A DNA stretch of 64,000 nt from an uncultured virus (IMG/VR IMGVR_UViG_3300027793_000064) (Duplodnaviria > Heunggongvirae > Uroviricota > Caudoviricetes): the IMG/VR virus record IMGVR_UViG_3300027793_000064, one strand, 5' to 3'. The position numbers and the translations under genes are program-made. The stretch's first letter is position 1. Every line of letters begins with the position of its first letter. A model generated the notes under the pieces. It did not search any database. It saw only the letters and a list, made by a program, of their open reading frames with translations, and was not told the origin of the DNA. Positions 8,615-19,402 of this stretch are shown here, piece by piece.

Positions 8615-9405
8615 TTTTCTGGAATTAAATCTTTAGTATTTTTATCCGAATTTCCTTCGCCAAACCATGTTTTTGGTGCAACAACTTTATTAGAATTGGC
8701 CAACCAGGCTCCCCACCAAGAAAAAGAAGAATTCGCAATAATATGATATTTACACAAAGTCATAAGACATAAATCAACATAATGATCTCCAGATTCTGAT
8801 ATCATAAATCTATCGGAATTGAATATGGATTGCTCTTTACACCATGCAATATCATCAGAAAAAATAATAACTGGAATACCAGGATCCAAAAGTTCCAGTG
8901 CTTCGATATAATAACCTAAATTCAATGGCGTGTGATTTAGATTGGTTAAGTAATCAGTGCGGCGAATATGAAGGCTAACTGCGTCTCCGACTGATTTTAT
9001 CATATCTTCGCAAGGTTTTAGAATTTCCTTTTTAAATGTAAAATCTTCTCTGATTTCTTTTTCTATATGTTTAAAGTATTTTTCTGATTGGAAAAATCCA
9101 GCAAGAGCAATTTCATCTGGACACATATTAAAAAGAACTTCGTCAAAATGAAAATGTCTTTCTTCTGCTATTGGGGCATATCCTCTGTCAAGCAACTTAA
9201 TATTTCTCTGTTGGACATGAAGCATTTCGAATGGATAAAATAATTCTATTTTCATATCAAATCCATAAGGATCTTTAATTATATGACTATGATTTGGAAT
9301 ACAAAAATCATAGCCACGATTACGAGCAATACCTCTTAATGAAGCATACTGAAACATTTGATTTCCAAGTCTGCCCAACTGCCCCAAATGATTAAACGCT
9401 AGCAT
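8599..9405 (-). CDS. Alpha-1,2-fucosyl/colitosyltransferase (GT11)
   Basis: GRLGNQMFQYA, HIRRTDY, FSDD, ANSSFSWWGAWL. Confidence 0.92.
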   Translation of the reverse strand: MLAFNHLGQLGRLGNQMFQYASLRGIARNRGYDFCIPNHSHIIKDPYGFDMKIELFYPFEMLHVQQRNIKLLDRGYAPIAEERHFHFDEVLFNMCPDEIALAGFFQSEKYFKHIEKEIREDFTFKKEILKPCEDMIKSVGDAVSLHIRRTDYLTNLNHTPLNLGYYIEALELLDPGIPVIIFSDDIAWCKEQSIFNSDRFMISESGDHYVDLCLMTLCKYHIIANSSFSWWGAWLANSNKVVAPKTWFGEGNSDKNTKDLIPEKWTRM

Positions 9406-10219
9406 TCAATTGGCTCCTTCTTTCTTTAATATAATTCTGCGACTCATAATATCTTGTTATTGTATCTCTATCCCATGTTCTGATGTTTTGCCAAAGATTG
9501 TGATTGTCCATAAACTTTGGATTATGGTAATGGGAATTAAAGGTCCTGGAATGTTCCAAGTGATACACAATGTCATTTACTCTACCGACCTTATATCCGA
9601 GTACCTGAAGTCGATAATAATATTCACAATCTTCTGCTCCCCAAGAAATAAAATTTTCATTCCACATATAAGAATCAATATAAACTTGGCGTCTAATCAT
9701 CTGGCCCCATCCCATAACAGATGGCTGGAGCTTTGATGTCGAATTCAATGCTCTCAAATCAAATCCAGATTCAATAAAAGACTCAAATGATGAAATTGGA
9801 TAATCTACTGCATATTGATATACTCCACATCCATATGGATAAACAGCATCAAATGTACCACTAGAAATCATTTCATATGCATTAACATAACTTGCAGTGG
9901 GATAAACAACATCAACATCATAATTATAGACAATCTCAGTATCAGATTCCATTAGAAGATCATTGAGAATCTTAGTCTTGTGAAAAAACTGATCGTCGGA
10001 TTTCTCAAATATATGAGTCAAATTATCAAGAGATTTACCAAAAATATTTTTAATTACTGGGATAGCACTGGAAGAAAATACAGATTCTTTGTCTACTTCT
10101 TTTACAATTATTTTACTTTGAGGAAAGTGGTGCGTAATATAAGAAACTGAAGTAATTATATTTCTTAGTCTATCTTCACTCTCGATTCTACATGGCATTA
10201 AAAATGTAAGACTATTCAT
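9392..10219 (-). CDS. Glycosyltransferase (GT2/GT7 C-terminal-like)
   Basis: DVD motif, WNENFISWGAED, YHLEH. Confidence 0.8.
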   Translation of the reverse strand: MNSLTFLMPCRIESEDRLRNIITSVSYITHHFPQSKIIVKEVDKESVFSSSAIPVIKNIFGKSLDNLTHIFEKSDDQFFHKTKILNDLLMESDTEIVYNYDVDVVYPTASYVNAYEMISSGTFDAVYPYGCGVYQYAVDYPISSFESFIESGFDLRALNSTSKLQPSVMGWGQMIRRQVYIDSYMWNENFISWGAEDCEYYYRLQVLGYKVGRVNDIVYHLEHSRTFNSHYHNPKFMDNHNLWQNIRTWDRDTITRYYESQNYIKERRSQLNASV

Positions 10220-11063
10220 AACTCACCTCAATCCAACTATCCAAAAGAAGATCATTCATATTATAATGACTATACATAGATCCAAACCAAGGTTTAGGAG
10301 CAACAATAGGTTGTGTTGGATTCCCAATCAACCAAGCACCCCACCAGCTCATTGTGCTGTTGGCAATAATTCCTCCGGTACAAAGAGACATCATACATAA
10401 ATCAAAATAAGGAATTAGTGCTTTTTGTCTTCCCTGAAGAGTGTCACAAGTTTGTGGGTACCTTTCTGTATATTCAGAAAGCATAAACCTATCATCCTGG
10501 AACAATTCTTGTTCTCTGCACCAATCAATATCGTCAGAAAATACAAGCACTAAAGAATTTTCATCAAAATGCTCTAGTGCTTTTTCATAATAAGAGATCG
10601 GACAAGCTGGATGTGCCTCTGGTTTAACCAAATAATCTCCTCGTCGCACATGAAGAAAGATTGGACCAGAAAGATCATCTACTATTTCTCTACAAGGATT
10701 TAAAATAACATCCTTAAAAGTATAATCTCCACGAATAATATCTTTCACATTTGAAAAATATTTTTCTGAGGTAAAATAATCATGAAGATTAACATTGTCT
10801 GGACAACTATCAAAAAATTCCTGGACGAAATGGAATTCCCCTGTGGAAATACTTTGTGTATTTAATATTCCAAAGTTACTTTCGACTACAGACTCCATTG
10901 TAAAGCAGTCAAACAATCCGTAGTTTGAGTCTCCGTAGCTATTTGGTGGAGGAATTGTCCAATCAAATCCACGATTTGCTGCAATACCACGAAGTGCAGC
11001 ATATTGAAACATTTGATTTCCCAAACGACCATTTGATCCTAGGTTATTATAACTTATCGTCAT
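10212..11063 (-). CDS. Alpha-1,2-fucosyl/colitosyltransferase (GT11)
   Basis: GRLGNQMFQYA, HVRRGDY, ANSTMSWWGAWL. Confidence 0.92.
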   Translation of the reverse strand: MTISYNNLGSNGRLGNQMFQYAALRGIAANRGFDWTIPPPNSYGDSNYGLFDCFTMESVVESNFGILNTQSISTGEFHFVQEFFDSCPDNVNLHDYFTSEKYFSNVKDIIRGDYTFKDVILNPCREIVDDLSGPIFLHVRRGDYLVKPEAHPACPISYYEKALEHFDENSLVLVFSDDIDWCREQELFQDDRFMLSEYTERYPQTCDTLQGRQKALIPYFDLCMMSLCTGGIIANSTMSWWGAWLIGNPTQPIVAPKPWFGSMYSHYNMNDLLLDSWIEVSYE

Positions 11064-11881
11064 TATTTTTCCAAGTAAGTTTTATAAATGTAATCTTCAT
11101 TGATAAGAAAGTTCTCAACAATTTCTAGATTTTCTTTTACCGCATCAAGTTTATCATAGTACAGTTCCTCTGTCAACTGAGAAAGATCAAAGTCATCAGT
11201 GAGTATGATGATGCCTTTTGGATTGAAAAACTTTCCAATATCGGGAGAACCATAATAAATTGGAATGGTCCCAGTAGCAAAACAATCTTGAATCTTTTCT
11301 GTAAAATAAGATTCATAAGAAGCATTTTCGATGGCCACAGAAAACATATAATCTACTAGACCCTCTTCCTTAGATTCAATTTCATTGAATCCCCTACCAT
11401 AAAAATCAACTTTACCTTGAAGTTTTTGTGCCCAAGCCAGACGATATTGATGTCCCTCACACATTACCTTGTTAGAGCAAATCATGGAGACTAATTTAGT
11501 TTTATCATATAGTTTTGGTTCGGCGATCCAACTTCCATACAAAGGAGCAAACTTAAACTTAGAATGTAATTTAAGTAAATCTTTATGATGCGTAAAAATT
11601 GCATCATAAACTCGAACATAATAGAGGTAATTTCTCTTCACATCTTCAATGACATCTGGACAAATATTTGCAGATTCTAATAACCAGGCATATTTCCTTT
11701 TGCTGTGCGTGTCATCAAAAGCAAGACTAATGTAGCGGTCTATATAAAAAGTTTCTTCTGCTCCAGAATCAACCCACTTTATGAACTTTGATTCTTGTCT
11801 ATGAATAGATGATGCTTTGTTGTTATTGTCGTAGTTGTTAAACCCACCACCAACTAAATTATATTTCTTTTTAATAGTCAT
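11063..11881 (-). CDS. GT10-like (alpha-1,3-fucosyltransferase-like) glycosyltransferase
   Basis: YMFSVAIEN...YFTEKI...GTIPIYYG signature. Confidence 0.85.
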   Translation of the reverse strand: MTIKKKYNLVGGGFNNYDNNNKASSIHRQESKFIKWVDSGAEETFYIDRYISLAFDDTHSKRKYAWLLESANICPDVIEDVKRNYLYYVRVYDAIFTHHKDLLKLHSKFKFAPLYGSWIAEPKLYDKTKLVSMICSNKVMCEGHQYRLAWAQKLQGKVDFYGRGFNEIESKEEGLVDYMFSVAIENASYESYFTEKIQDCFATGTIPIYYGSPDIGKFFNPKGIIILTDDFDLSQLTEELYYDKLDAVKENLEIVENFLINEDYIYKTYLEK

Positions 11882-11907
11882 ACATAAGATAATAAATTAC
11901 GAATTTT

Positions 11908-12591
11908 ATGAAAGTCATTTCTTTTTCATTATATGGAGATAATCCAAAATACACAATTGGTGCAATAAAAAATTCTAAACTGAGAGAAAAGTTTTATCCA
12001 GATTGGCAAATGAGAGTATATCACAACGACTCTGTGCCCAATTATATATTAGAAGAATTAGGTGCCAATAATGTCGTTTTGATCAATACCAAAATAGATC
12101 AAGGAGTTTGTAATGCAATGTGGCGCTTTGCTCCTGCATCAGAAGAAGGAGTAGAATGTTTTATTTCGAGAGATTGTGATTCTCGTTTATTTGAGAGGGA
12201 TGTTGCTGCTGTAGAAGAATGGCTAGAATCAGATAAAAAGTTTCACATCATTCGAGATCATCCTGGTGGACATGCATGGGAAATCAGTGCTGGTATGTGG
12301 GGATGTAGAAATAAGTTTATAGAAAACATACAAGAGAAAATAGAACAATATATTCAAACAAGTTCTTGGGTTACCGATAGAGCAGTAGACCAAAGATTTC
12401 TACAAGAGATAATTTATCCTCAAGCAATTACAAGTTTATTTCTCCACGACGAATACTTTAATTATGAGGAAATTGGCACTCCAATCAAAAGAGACCGTAA
12501 GTTAGATAACTTTGCCTTTATTGGAGAGCCATTTGACGAAGATGATAATCAATTAGAAAATCATCGTGACATGATTATTCAAAGATATTGA
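11908..12591 (+). CDS. Putative GT-A fold glycosyltransferase (inverted relative to the cluster)
   Basis: KVISFSLYG, MWRF, SRDCDSR, IIRDH, AGMWG, DQRFL. Confidence 0.7.
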   Translation: MKVISFSLYGDNPKYTIGAIKNSKLREKFYPDWQMRVYHNDSVPNYILEELGANNVVLINTKIDQGVCNAMWRFAPASEEGVECFISRDCDSRLFERDVAAVEEWLESDKKFHIIRDHPGGHAWEISAGMWGCRNKFIENIQEKIEQYIQTSSWVTDRAVDQRFLQEIIYPQAITSLFLHDEYFNYEEIGTPIKRDRKLDNFAFIGEPFDEDDNQLENHRDMIIQRY

Positions 12592-13286
12592 AGACTTTCT
12601 GGGAGAATCTTTTGCCTATAAAGTGAAAGATTTTTCTCATACAACATTTTATCAGATTGATAAGGAATAGCAACTTTATTTGCTGGCAAAGAACAAACCT
12701 TAATATGCCGTAAATCTTTGACCGTATATCCAAAAGAATATGCACGATAGGACATATCACCATCAGCATAATAATATTGGTACTCTGGATTATACATTCC
12801 AATTTCTCTGAATATCTTCTTACGATATAATCCATAATTCATCACAATTTCTCCACCAGAATCAGCAACATTACATAAACACCATCCAGATGTATGATCT
12901 ACACCATCCAACCAATCTGGATTTTTAGTTTCATTAAAAGATCCATACTTCCAATTAAAAAGATAAAAGTCGTGGTTTGATTGTGTTTCAATGACTACTT
13001 TTGACCAATCATTGCATAAAATCACATCATCGTTCCACTGACATACTATTTCATGAGTTGACGCACGAATGCCAATATTCATAAAATGTGGATAAGAACT
13101 TCTACCACCAATCTCAATCAATTTGATTTGAGGATGATTGAGTTGTTTAATATAATCTACTGTTCCATCAGTGCTTCCACCATCAACCAATACAAGTTCC
13201 AGTCTTTTATCAGAGAGAACTGTATTTGCAATTAGGTCAGGAAGCATCCTTACACGATTTAATGTGCCAGTTACGATACTAATCAT
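12579..13286 (-). CDS. Glycosyltransferase family 2
   Basis: MISIV, LVDGGSTDGT, WNDD. Confidence 0.88.
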   Translation of the reverse strand: MISIVTGTLNRVRMLPDLIANTVLSDKRLELVLVDGGSTDGTVDYIKQLNHPQIKLIEIGGRSSYPHFMNIGIRASTHEIVCQWNDDVILCNDWSKVVIETQSNHDFYLFNWKYGSFNETKNPDWLDGVDHTSGWCLCNVADSGGEIVMNYGLYRKKIFREIGMYNPEYQYYYADGDMSYRAYSFGYTVKDLRHIKVCSLPANKVAIPYQSDKMLYEKNLSLYRQKILPESLQYL

Positions 13287-14056
13287 CTGTTTAAGTAATC
13301 TATGAATTCAAAATCATTTATTCCAATTATCAATGCAAGCAAACTAACATTTGAAAAACTGTACAAAAAGTGACTACACTTTGAAAGCAAGTAAACGCTA
13401 GATAATACTTCCTCATTTACTTGAGAGCGATTTAAGCAATTGTGATGGATTGATTGAGACCCACTACTAATTTGAAGCGTGCTATCATAAATGATTCTAC
13501 TACCATATCTATCCAACAAATAATCCAAGTAATATTTGTCGTCTGTTGCAACAAATATTTTTTCTCTGTCATTGGAATCAATTAGTTCAAAGACCGTTTC
13601 AATTTCTATCTCAGGAAGTTCTTCTTTTTTGTCAGTGCCTCTTATTTGAACCCCAAGTGTATCTCCATCAATCCCCAATTTAACTCTCTTATTTTCAAAT
13701 TTCTCTACATACTCATCTTTAATCCTAAGAATATTATTATAAACTTTATTCTTAACTTTTAAATTGTCTATATTTGCCGGAGTATGGGCATTATATTGTC
13801 CTTGATAGATTTGATTCGAAAAATATCTTTCCAACCACCATGACCCGACATTATAAGATTGATTCGATTTCGGAGAAATGTTATCGAATAAATTCAATGT
13901 CTGACTTTCCACTACTTCGATATTAAAATTATCATTCACAATATAATGCTCCAAAGCCATATCAACAATTCCACAAACAATAGAACAAAATCCCTTGTAT
14001 GGGTAGTTAAATCTAGGATCAGAATATGATATGTAACCAGTTTCAGTCAATTCCAA
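13283..14056 (-). CDS. NodZ/O-fucosyltransferase-like protein
   Basis: GVQIRGTDK, IFVATDD, LSKC...SNVS. Confidence 0.75.
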   Translation of the reverse strand: MELTETGYISYSDPRFNYPYKGFCSIVCGIVDMALEHYIVNDNFNIEVVESQTLNLFDNISPKSNQSYNVGSWWLERYFSNQIYQGQYNAHTPANIDNLKVKNKVYNNILRIKDEYVEKFENKRVKLGIDGDTLGVQIRGTDKKEELPEIEIETVFELIDSNDREKIFVATDDKYYLDYLLDRYGSRIIYDSTLQISSGSQSIHHNCLNRSQVNEEVLSSVYLLSKCSHFLYSFSNVSLLALIIGINDFEFIDYLNR

Positions 14057-14744
14057 TTACCTCATTAAGACCTTTGGAATGAATTGATTCTGGATAATTT
14101 CTAACATAATTATGCCTATAGATTTTTGGTTTTTCCATCTTATAAGAATTGACCATATCCAAAAACCCAGTTTGCATCATGTGGATTTCTTCGGCATTTT
14201 CAAGTAGTTTAATATAATCAAACATCTTAAATTGGTAATCATTACGAATGATCTTATGTTCATCAGTAACTTTATCCATATCGATATTATATCCCCTCTT
14301 TAAATCATCCAAAACAAAGATATAATTTTCACCATTAGGATTTAAAGTCCTACAAACTTCATCTTCCTTTTCTAAATCTCTTTCAAAATAAAACTCATCA
14401 AATCTAATTTGAAAATCGAGACCAACAAGATAATAAAATGCCTCATCAAAAGTCATTTTTCCCAAACAGCCATCAAGATTTTCAAATCCAGGTTTGATGA
14501 GATTATTTTTGACCGTACTATTGTTTTCGACAAACCTTATAGCATCCTCCTCAACATCAAAATTAAAAATTTCTAGATTACTTAGGTCACGATACATATA
14601 ACTCACATTATCGTAATAATGAGTATAACAAAAAAGTACTACATTATCATATTTTTTGCAAAAATGGCGAACCATACCATTACAAATGATATGGTCACCA
14701 AGACCCAAGTGATGATGAATATACTTGAGCGACATATCACTCAA
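14043..14744 (-). CDS. Hypothetical GT-B-like protein
   Basis: HHHLGLGDHIICNG motif; located in the sugar cluster. Confidence 0.65.
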   Translation of the reverse strand: MSDMSLKYIHHHLGLGDHIICNGMVRHFCKKYDNVVLFCYTHYYDNVSYMYRDLSNLEIFNFDVEEDAIRFVENNSTVKNNLIKPGFENLDGCLGKMTFDEAFYYLVGLDFQIRFDEFYFERDLEKEDEVCRTLNPNGENYIFVLDDLKRGYNIDMDKVTDEHKIIRNDYQFKMFDYIKLLENAEEIHMMQTGFLDMVNSYKMEKPKIYRHNYVRNYPESIHSKGLNEVIGID

Positions 14745-15081
14745 CTCCCTTATATAGTTTTACAGAGTCCTCACGGAGAGTTCTTCCCGTTGCGATAGCA
14801 TTATCCACAAGAAGATTAACTGCTTGCACAAGACGAGGACGCTTTACTTTAAAGCAAATATCAATCTTACGCTTCAATTCGGCAATTTCCGTGTCAGTTT
14901 TTGCCTCTTGAATTGCATCTTCCAGCATCCACATACGAGTGTGAAGAATTGAAAGTTTTTCAATCACTTCTCCAAGATTGTCAGTTTCAATATATTCCAC
15001 ATCTGGAAGTTCTTTATGCGAAAGTACTCCATCAATAGTTTCTTTAATACATTCATCGATTAAGTCGCCCAACTTGCTCAT
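14737..15081 (-). CDS. Hypothetical helical protein (DUF4254-like)
   Basis: EKLSILHTRMWMLED...KRKID. Confidence 0.6.
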   Translation of the reverse strand: MSKLGDLIDECIKETIDGVLSHKELPDVEYIETDNLGEVIEKLSILHTRMWMLEDAIQEAKTDTEIAELKRKIDICFKVKRPRLVQAVNLLVDNAIATGRTLREDSVKLYKGVE

Positions 15082-16250
15082 AATTCTCCCAAAATAATTT
15101 CCAGTAAATCCATGTCTCTATTAGAGACAAATTGATTATTTCCGATGTAGATCCCATTTTCATGGATGATATCTACATTTAAATTTTCAGTCTTTCCACT
15201 GATGGAATAATTTTTAAGATAAGGTTGTCTCAAAAGATTTCCACCAACCACAGGTCTATATTCAATTTTATACTTATCCAACAATGAAATAAGTTTAGAT
15301 TTAATTTCTTTTGTTCTACAAATAAAAGGAAAGCAGAAACAACTGTTTCCTTCATTATACACCACTGGGTAAAAATTGTCTTTATTTTTTGGAGCAGACA
15401 TAATTTCTACAAACCTAGTATATGTCTTGTCTCTATTTTCGATGAACTTATCCAATCTTTTGAGTTGAGATAATCCTAACACTGCACCAAACTCAGTGTT
15501 CCTAAAGTTATATCCATCACTTACAAATAGAAAAGATTTTTCTATTTCTAGATTTTGATTCTGATAGTACTTAAACTGGTCGGATACTCTAGCAAGTCCA
15601 TGAGACCTTTTCATTTTCATCAAGTCATATAATTCCCAACTATCTGTAGAAATCATACCACCCTCTACGGTTGACATATGATGCCCAAAGTAAAAACTAA
15701 AGGTGGCACCAAGACTATTTTTACCTATCTTATTTTCACTCTTATCAAGACATCCATGAGATTCGCAAACATCATCAATAAACAAAGCATTAGGGAATAT
15801 TTTACGATACTCTTCAATTTCAGCAGGAATTCCCAATAGATGAGTCACAAATACCATTTTAATGTCTTGATGCAACTCAGAAATAATTTTTAAGTTGTCC
15901 AAATCAAAACTATAATTTTCAAGATTTACATCACAAAAAATTGGAGTAAGTCCCAATTGAATGATTGGATTAATATTTGTAACCCAAGTGCAAGATGGGA
16001 CTAATACTTTATCACCTTTTTCTAATCCATACTTTTCTATGATAGAAGAAACTAACAAAAAGTTTGCCGTGCTTCCAGAAGTTACAAATAAAGAATACTT
16101 ACATCCTAACCATTTTGACCACTCTTTCTCAAACCTCTCAACATTTTCTCCCTGAGTAAACTTATCGGAAGTTAAAACGAACTTAGCAAGTTGAACTCTA
16201 TCCCATAAAGAGATGGAGTTTTTCATAAGAGGCCACTTATAGTCTGACAT
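15078..16250 (-). CDS. DegT/DnrJ-family PLP enzyme, ColD-type GDP-4-keto-6-deoxymannose 3-dehydratase
   Basis: SGSTAN, DVCESHG, SFYFGHHMSTVEGG with His in place of the Schiff-base Lys. Confidence 0.8.
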   Translation of the reverse strand: MSDYKWPLMKNSISLWDRVQLAKFVLTSDKFTQGENVERFEKEWSKWLGCKYSLFVTSGSTANFLLVSSIIEKYGLEKGDKVLVPSCTWVTNINPIIQLGLTPIFCDVNLENYSFDLDNLKIISELHQDIKMVFVTHLLGIPAEIEEYRKIFPNALFIDDVCESHGCLDKSENKIGKNSLGATFSFYFGHHMSTVEGGMISTDSWELYDLMKMKRSHGLARVSDQFKYYQNQNLEIEKSFLFVSDGYNFRNTEFGAVLGLSQLKRLDKFIENRDKTYTRFVEIMSAPKNKDNFYPVVYNEGNSCFCFPFICRTKEIKSKLISLLDKYKIEYRPVVGGNLLRQPYLKNYSISGKTENLNVDIIHENGIYIGNNQFVSNRDMDLLEIILGEL

Positions 16251-17199
16251 AGTTACTCCTATTTTTTAGGAACCAATCAATAGTAATTTTCAGACCATCT
16301 TCAAGAGAAGTTTTTGCTTTCCATCCCAAAGAACTCATCTTTGAAGTATCAAGTGCTCTGCGTGGAGTGCCATTTGGTTTACTAGTATCCCAAATTAACT
16401 TACCATCATATCCAACAAGATTAGAAACAACCTCAGAAAGTTCTTTGATGCTTACTTCTCTTTCAGGACCAATATTAATAATTTCTGGATCTTCGTAGTT
16501 ATTCATCAGAAAAACAAGGCCATCTGCAAGATCATCAGAGAAAAGAAATTCTCTAGTTGGGCTACCATCACCAAAACAAACTACACTTTCAACTCCAGAA
16601 TCTTTTGCGGAAACAAACTTATTAATAAAACTTGGGATTACATGACACTGCTCAAGGATAAAATTATCATTAATCCCATAAAGATTATTAGGCATTACTG
16701 ATACAGTCGGAAATCCATACTGCTCAGTGTATTTTTTACACATCATGTATCCAGCAATTTTTGCCAGAGAATAAGAAATATTTGTTTCTTCAAGTGGTCC
16801 AGTCATCAAATACTCTTCTTTGATTGGCACTGGAGCATGTTTTGGATAGATACAAGCAGATCCTAAGAAGAGCAACTTCTTACATCCATTACGATACGCT
16901 GCATCAATTACATTTGTTTGAATCTGCAAATTTTCACGAATAAAATCAGCGGGAATTGCTTTATTGTATCCAATGCCCCCTACTTTTGCTGCGCCAAGAA
17001 AAACATACTCAGGTCTTTCCTCAGCAAAAAATTCATTAACATCTTTCTGAATTCTTAGATCTAATTGTGCTCTGGAGCGAGACAAAAGATTAGTATATCC
17101 ATTAGATGTCAGATGTCTAGAAATTGCAGAACCAACAAGTCCCCTATGCCCTGCAATAAAAATCTTAGATTCAAAGTTCATTTTTACACATGTCCTCAA
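16237..17199 (-). CDS. fcl: GDP-L-fucose/colitose synthase
   Basis: [33 protein letters not shown]. Confidence 0.93.
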   Translation of the reverse strand: MRTCVKMNFESKIFIAGHRGLVGSAISRHLTSNGYTNLLSRSRAQLDLRIQKDVNEFFAEERPEYVFLGAAKVGGIGYNKAIPADFIRENLQIQTNVIDAAYRNGCKKLLFLGSACIYPKHAPVPIKEEYLMTGPLEETNISYSLAKIAGYMMCKKYTEQYGFPTVSVMPNNLYGINDNFILEQCHVIPSFINKFVSAKDSGVESVVCFGDGSPTREFLFSDDLADGLVFLMNNYEDPEIINIGPEREVSIKELSEVVSNLVGYDGKLIWDTSKPNGTPRRALDTSKMSSLGWKAKTSLEDGLKITIDWFLKNRSNYVRL

Positions 17200-18172
17200 C
17201 TAGTTCATCAAAAGAAATTTTTGGTTCCCAACCAAGTTTTTGTTTAGCTTTTGTGGCATCACCCAAAAGAGTTTCCACTTCTGCAGGTCGAAAATATTTA
17301 GGATTGACTGCAATGACTTGGTTACCACTAATTGTATCATATCCAACTTCTTCTAGACCTTCTCCCATCCATGCAATTTTCATCCCAAAATAAGGTGCTG
17401 ATTTTTCTACAAATTCCCTAACAGAATATTGTTCGCCGGTTGCAATCACATAATCATCAGGTTCGTTTTGTTGTAACATCATCCACATTGCTCTCACAAA
17501 GTCAGCGGCATGTCCCCAATCTCGTTTTGAGTTTAAATTCCCGAGATATAGTATATCTTGTTTTCCAGTTGAAATGCGTGATAATCCGCGAGTGATTTTT
17601 CTTGTGACAAAAGTTTCTCCTCTTCTAGGGGATTCGTGATTGAAAAGAATTCCAGAACTTGCATGTAGTCCATATGATTCTCTGTAATTTTTGACGATCC
17701 AATATCCATAAAGTTTTGCTACTCCATAAGGCGAACGAGGATAAAAAGGTGTAGTTTCTCTCTGTGGTATCTCTTGTACCAAACCATAAAGTTCGGATGT
17801 AGATGCCTGATAAATTTTAGTTTTCTTCTCCATGCCCAAAAGACGCACTGCTTCTAGAATGCGGAGTGTTCCCAAGGCATCGACTTGTCCAGTGTATTCT
17901 GGCGTCTCAAAAGAAACTTTTACATGGCTTTGAGCACCAAGATTATAAATTTCATCTGGTTGAACTTTTTGTATAATACTAATAAGATTAGTAGAATCAG
18001 TTAAATCTCCATAATGAAGATTAATAGAATCATAGATGTGATCGATGCGAGCAGTATTAATAAGAGATGATCGTCGAATTATACCATGTACTTCATAACC
18101 TTTTTCTAATAATAGTTCGGCAAGATATGATCCATCTTGGCCCGACGCTCCAGAAATTAAAGCTTTTTTCAC
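17171..18172 (-). CDS. gmd: GDP-mannose 4,6-dehydratase
   Basis: [36 protein letters not shown]. Confidence 0.97.
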   Translation of the reverse strand: MKKALISGASGQDGSYLAELLLEKGYEVHGIIRRSSLINTARIDHIYDSINLHYGDLTDSTNLISIIQKVQPDEIYNLGAQSHVKVSFETPEYTGQVDALGTLRILEAVRLLGMEKKTKIYQASTSELYGLVQEIPQRETTPFYPRSPYGVAKLYGYWIVKNYRESYGLHASSGILFNHESPRRGETFVTRKITRGLSRISTGKQDILYLGNLNSKRDWGHAADFVRAMWMMLQQNEPDDYVIATGEQYSVREFVEKSAPYFGMKIAWMGEGLEEVGYDTISGNQVIAVNPKYFRPAEVETLLGDATKAKQKLGWEPKISFDELVEDMCKNEL

Positions 18173-18175
18173 AGA

Positions 18176-18526
18176 TCAAATCCTCCCATAAGAATCTTCA
18201 ATTCTAACAATGTCTTCTTCAATGCATTTTTCTCCAAGTTGAACTTCTATAATTATTATACCATTATTCCCTCCAGTAATACGATGTTTGGATAAAATTG
18301 GAACAAAAATATAATCTCCAACTTTTACATTTGTAGTTTCTTCATTTAATTCCAATTTGCCACTACCGCATACCACAACCCAATGTTCATCTCTTTGTTT
18401 ATGATATTGTAAGGATATTTTTTGAGTCGGCTGAATATATAGCCTCTTAACTTTATATCCATCGTCATCTTTTAGATTTTCATGCCAACCCCAAGGTTTA
18501 TGTATTCTTTCTATCATACTGCACAA
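18176..18526 (-). CDS. Mannose-6-phosphate isomerase type II cupin domain protein
   Basis: KPWG, SLQYH..RDEHW, IEVQLG, EEDIVRIEDSYGR. Confidence 0.88.
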   Translation of the reverse strand: MCSMIERIHKPWGWHENLKDDDGYKVKRLYIQPTQKISLQYHKQRDEHWVVVCGSGKLELNEETTNVKVGDYIFVPILSKHRITGGNNGIIIIEVQLGEKCIEEDIVRIEDSYGRI

Positions 18527-19338
18527 TTTGTAAAATCGACTTGTCCATTTCGAGTTGCCCAGATTGGATACTCTTTTCCATAATTATTCCAAATCCTAGC
18601 TTGTTCTGGTCCAACTGGAACTCCACTCATCCCAGCAGCATTCCAAATAGTTTCATAAGTATCATCCTCATGGAAAGTAAAATCATGTTCTTCAGACTTA
18701 ATTTTCAATAAAAGGGAGAGGATCGATTGATCGTGTCTATGTTCTCTGAAAATCTCATTATTTGTCAATTTCGATGGACTATCATCTAGATATCTCCCAT
18801 CATCTTTGACACAAATCGACATCCATTTTTCAACTAAATCTCGAACCATTTGAGTATTTTTCAAAAAGAAAATCCCAGAAATTATTTGTTTTGTCATAAA
18901 ATGTCCATCGTCATCTCCCATAATATGACAATAAGTATCCATTTTTGTCCATTGAATTTCGGGTAAATCCAAAGTAAAAAACACTCCTTCAGTATCAATG
19001 CATTCATCATAATACTGATTCAATTTCACCAATCCATTTTTATTCAATTCACAACCAGAATCAACATACAATAGAATATCATTTTCTGGGATACTTTTTA
19101 GAGCCTCCAAAACAAAATAGGGTTTACATGCATAATAGCCATAGTATCTCTGGTTCAATCCAGAACGAAGAGACATCATTGGTTTTATATGGTTGTCCCA
19201 AAAAGAGTTGTTCTCTAAGTCATCCTCCCCATATTCAAGTATTGACTTAAATATTCCAAAATTTTTTGCTTGGTTTTCAATTCTCTTCTTTCCTATAGAA
19301 AAATTATTATCCCCAAAATAAGTTAAGTGCAAATTCAT
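18514..19338 (-). CDS. Putative nucleotide-diphospho-sugar transferase
   Basis: CKPY, LLYVDSGC, EHRHDQSILS. Confidence 0.65.
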   Translation of the reverse strand: MNLHLTYFGDNNFSIGKKRIENQAKNFGIFKSILEYGEDDLENNSFWDNHIKPMMSLRSGLNQRYYGYYACKPYFVLEALKSIPENDILLYVDSGCELNKNGLVKLNQYYDECIDTEGVFFTLDLPEIQWTKMDTYCHIMGDDDGHFMTKQIISGIFFLKNTQMVRDLVEKWMSICVKDDGRYLDDSPSKLTNNEIFREHRHDQSILSLLLKIKSEEHDFTFHEDDTYETIWNAAGMSGVPVGPEQARIWNNYGKEYPIWATRNGQVDFTNCAV

Positions 19339-19364
19339 ATGGCAGTAATCACCGATTCATACGC

Positions 19365-19400
19365 ATTATACCAAAAAAGAGGAGTTGTTGTCAACTCCTC
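19365..19400 (-). promoter_or_regulatory. Terminator hairpin overlapping a sigma70 promoter for the sugar island
   Basis: GAGGAGTTG-ACAA-CAACTCCTC-TTTTTT containing TTGACA-N18-TATAAT. Confidence 0.7.
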
Positions 19401-19402
19401 CA

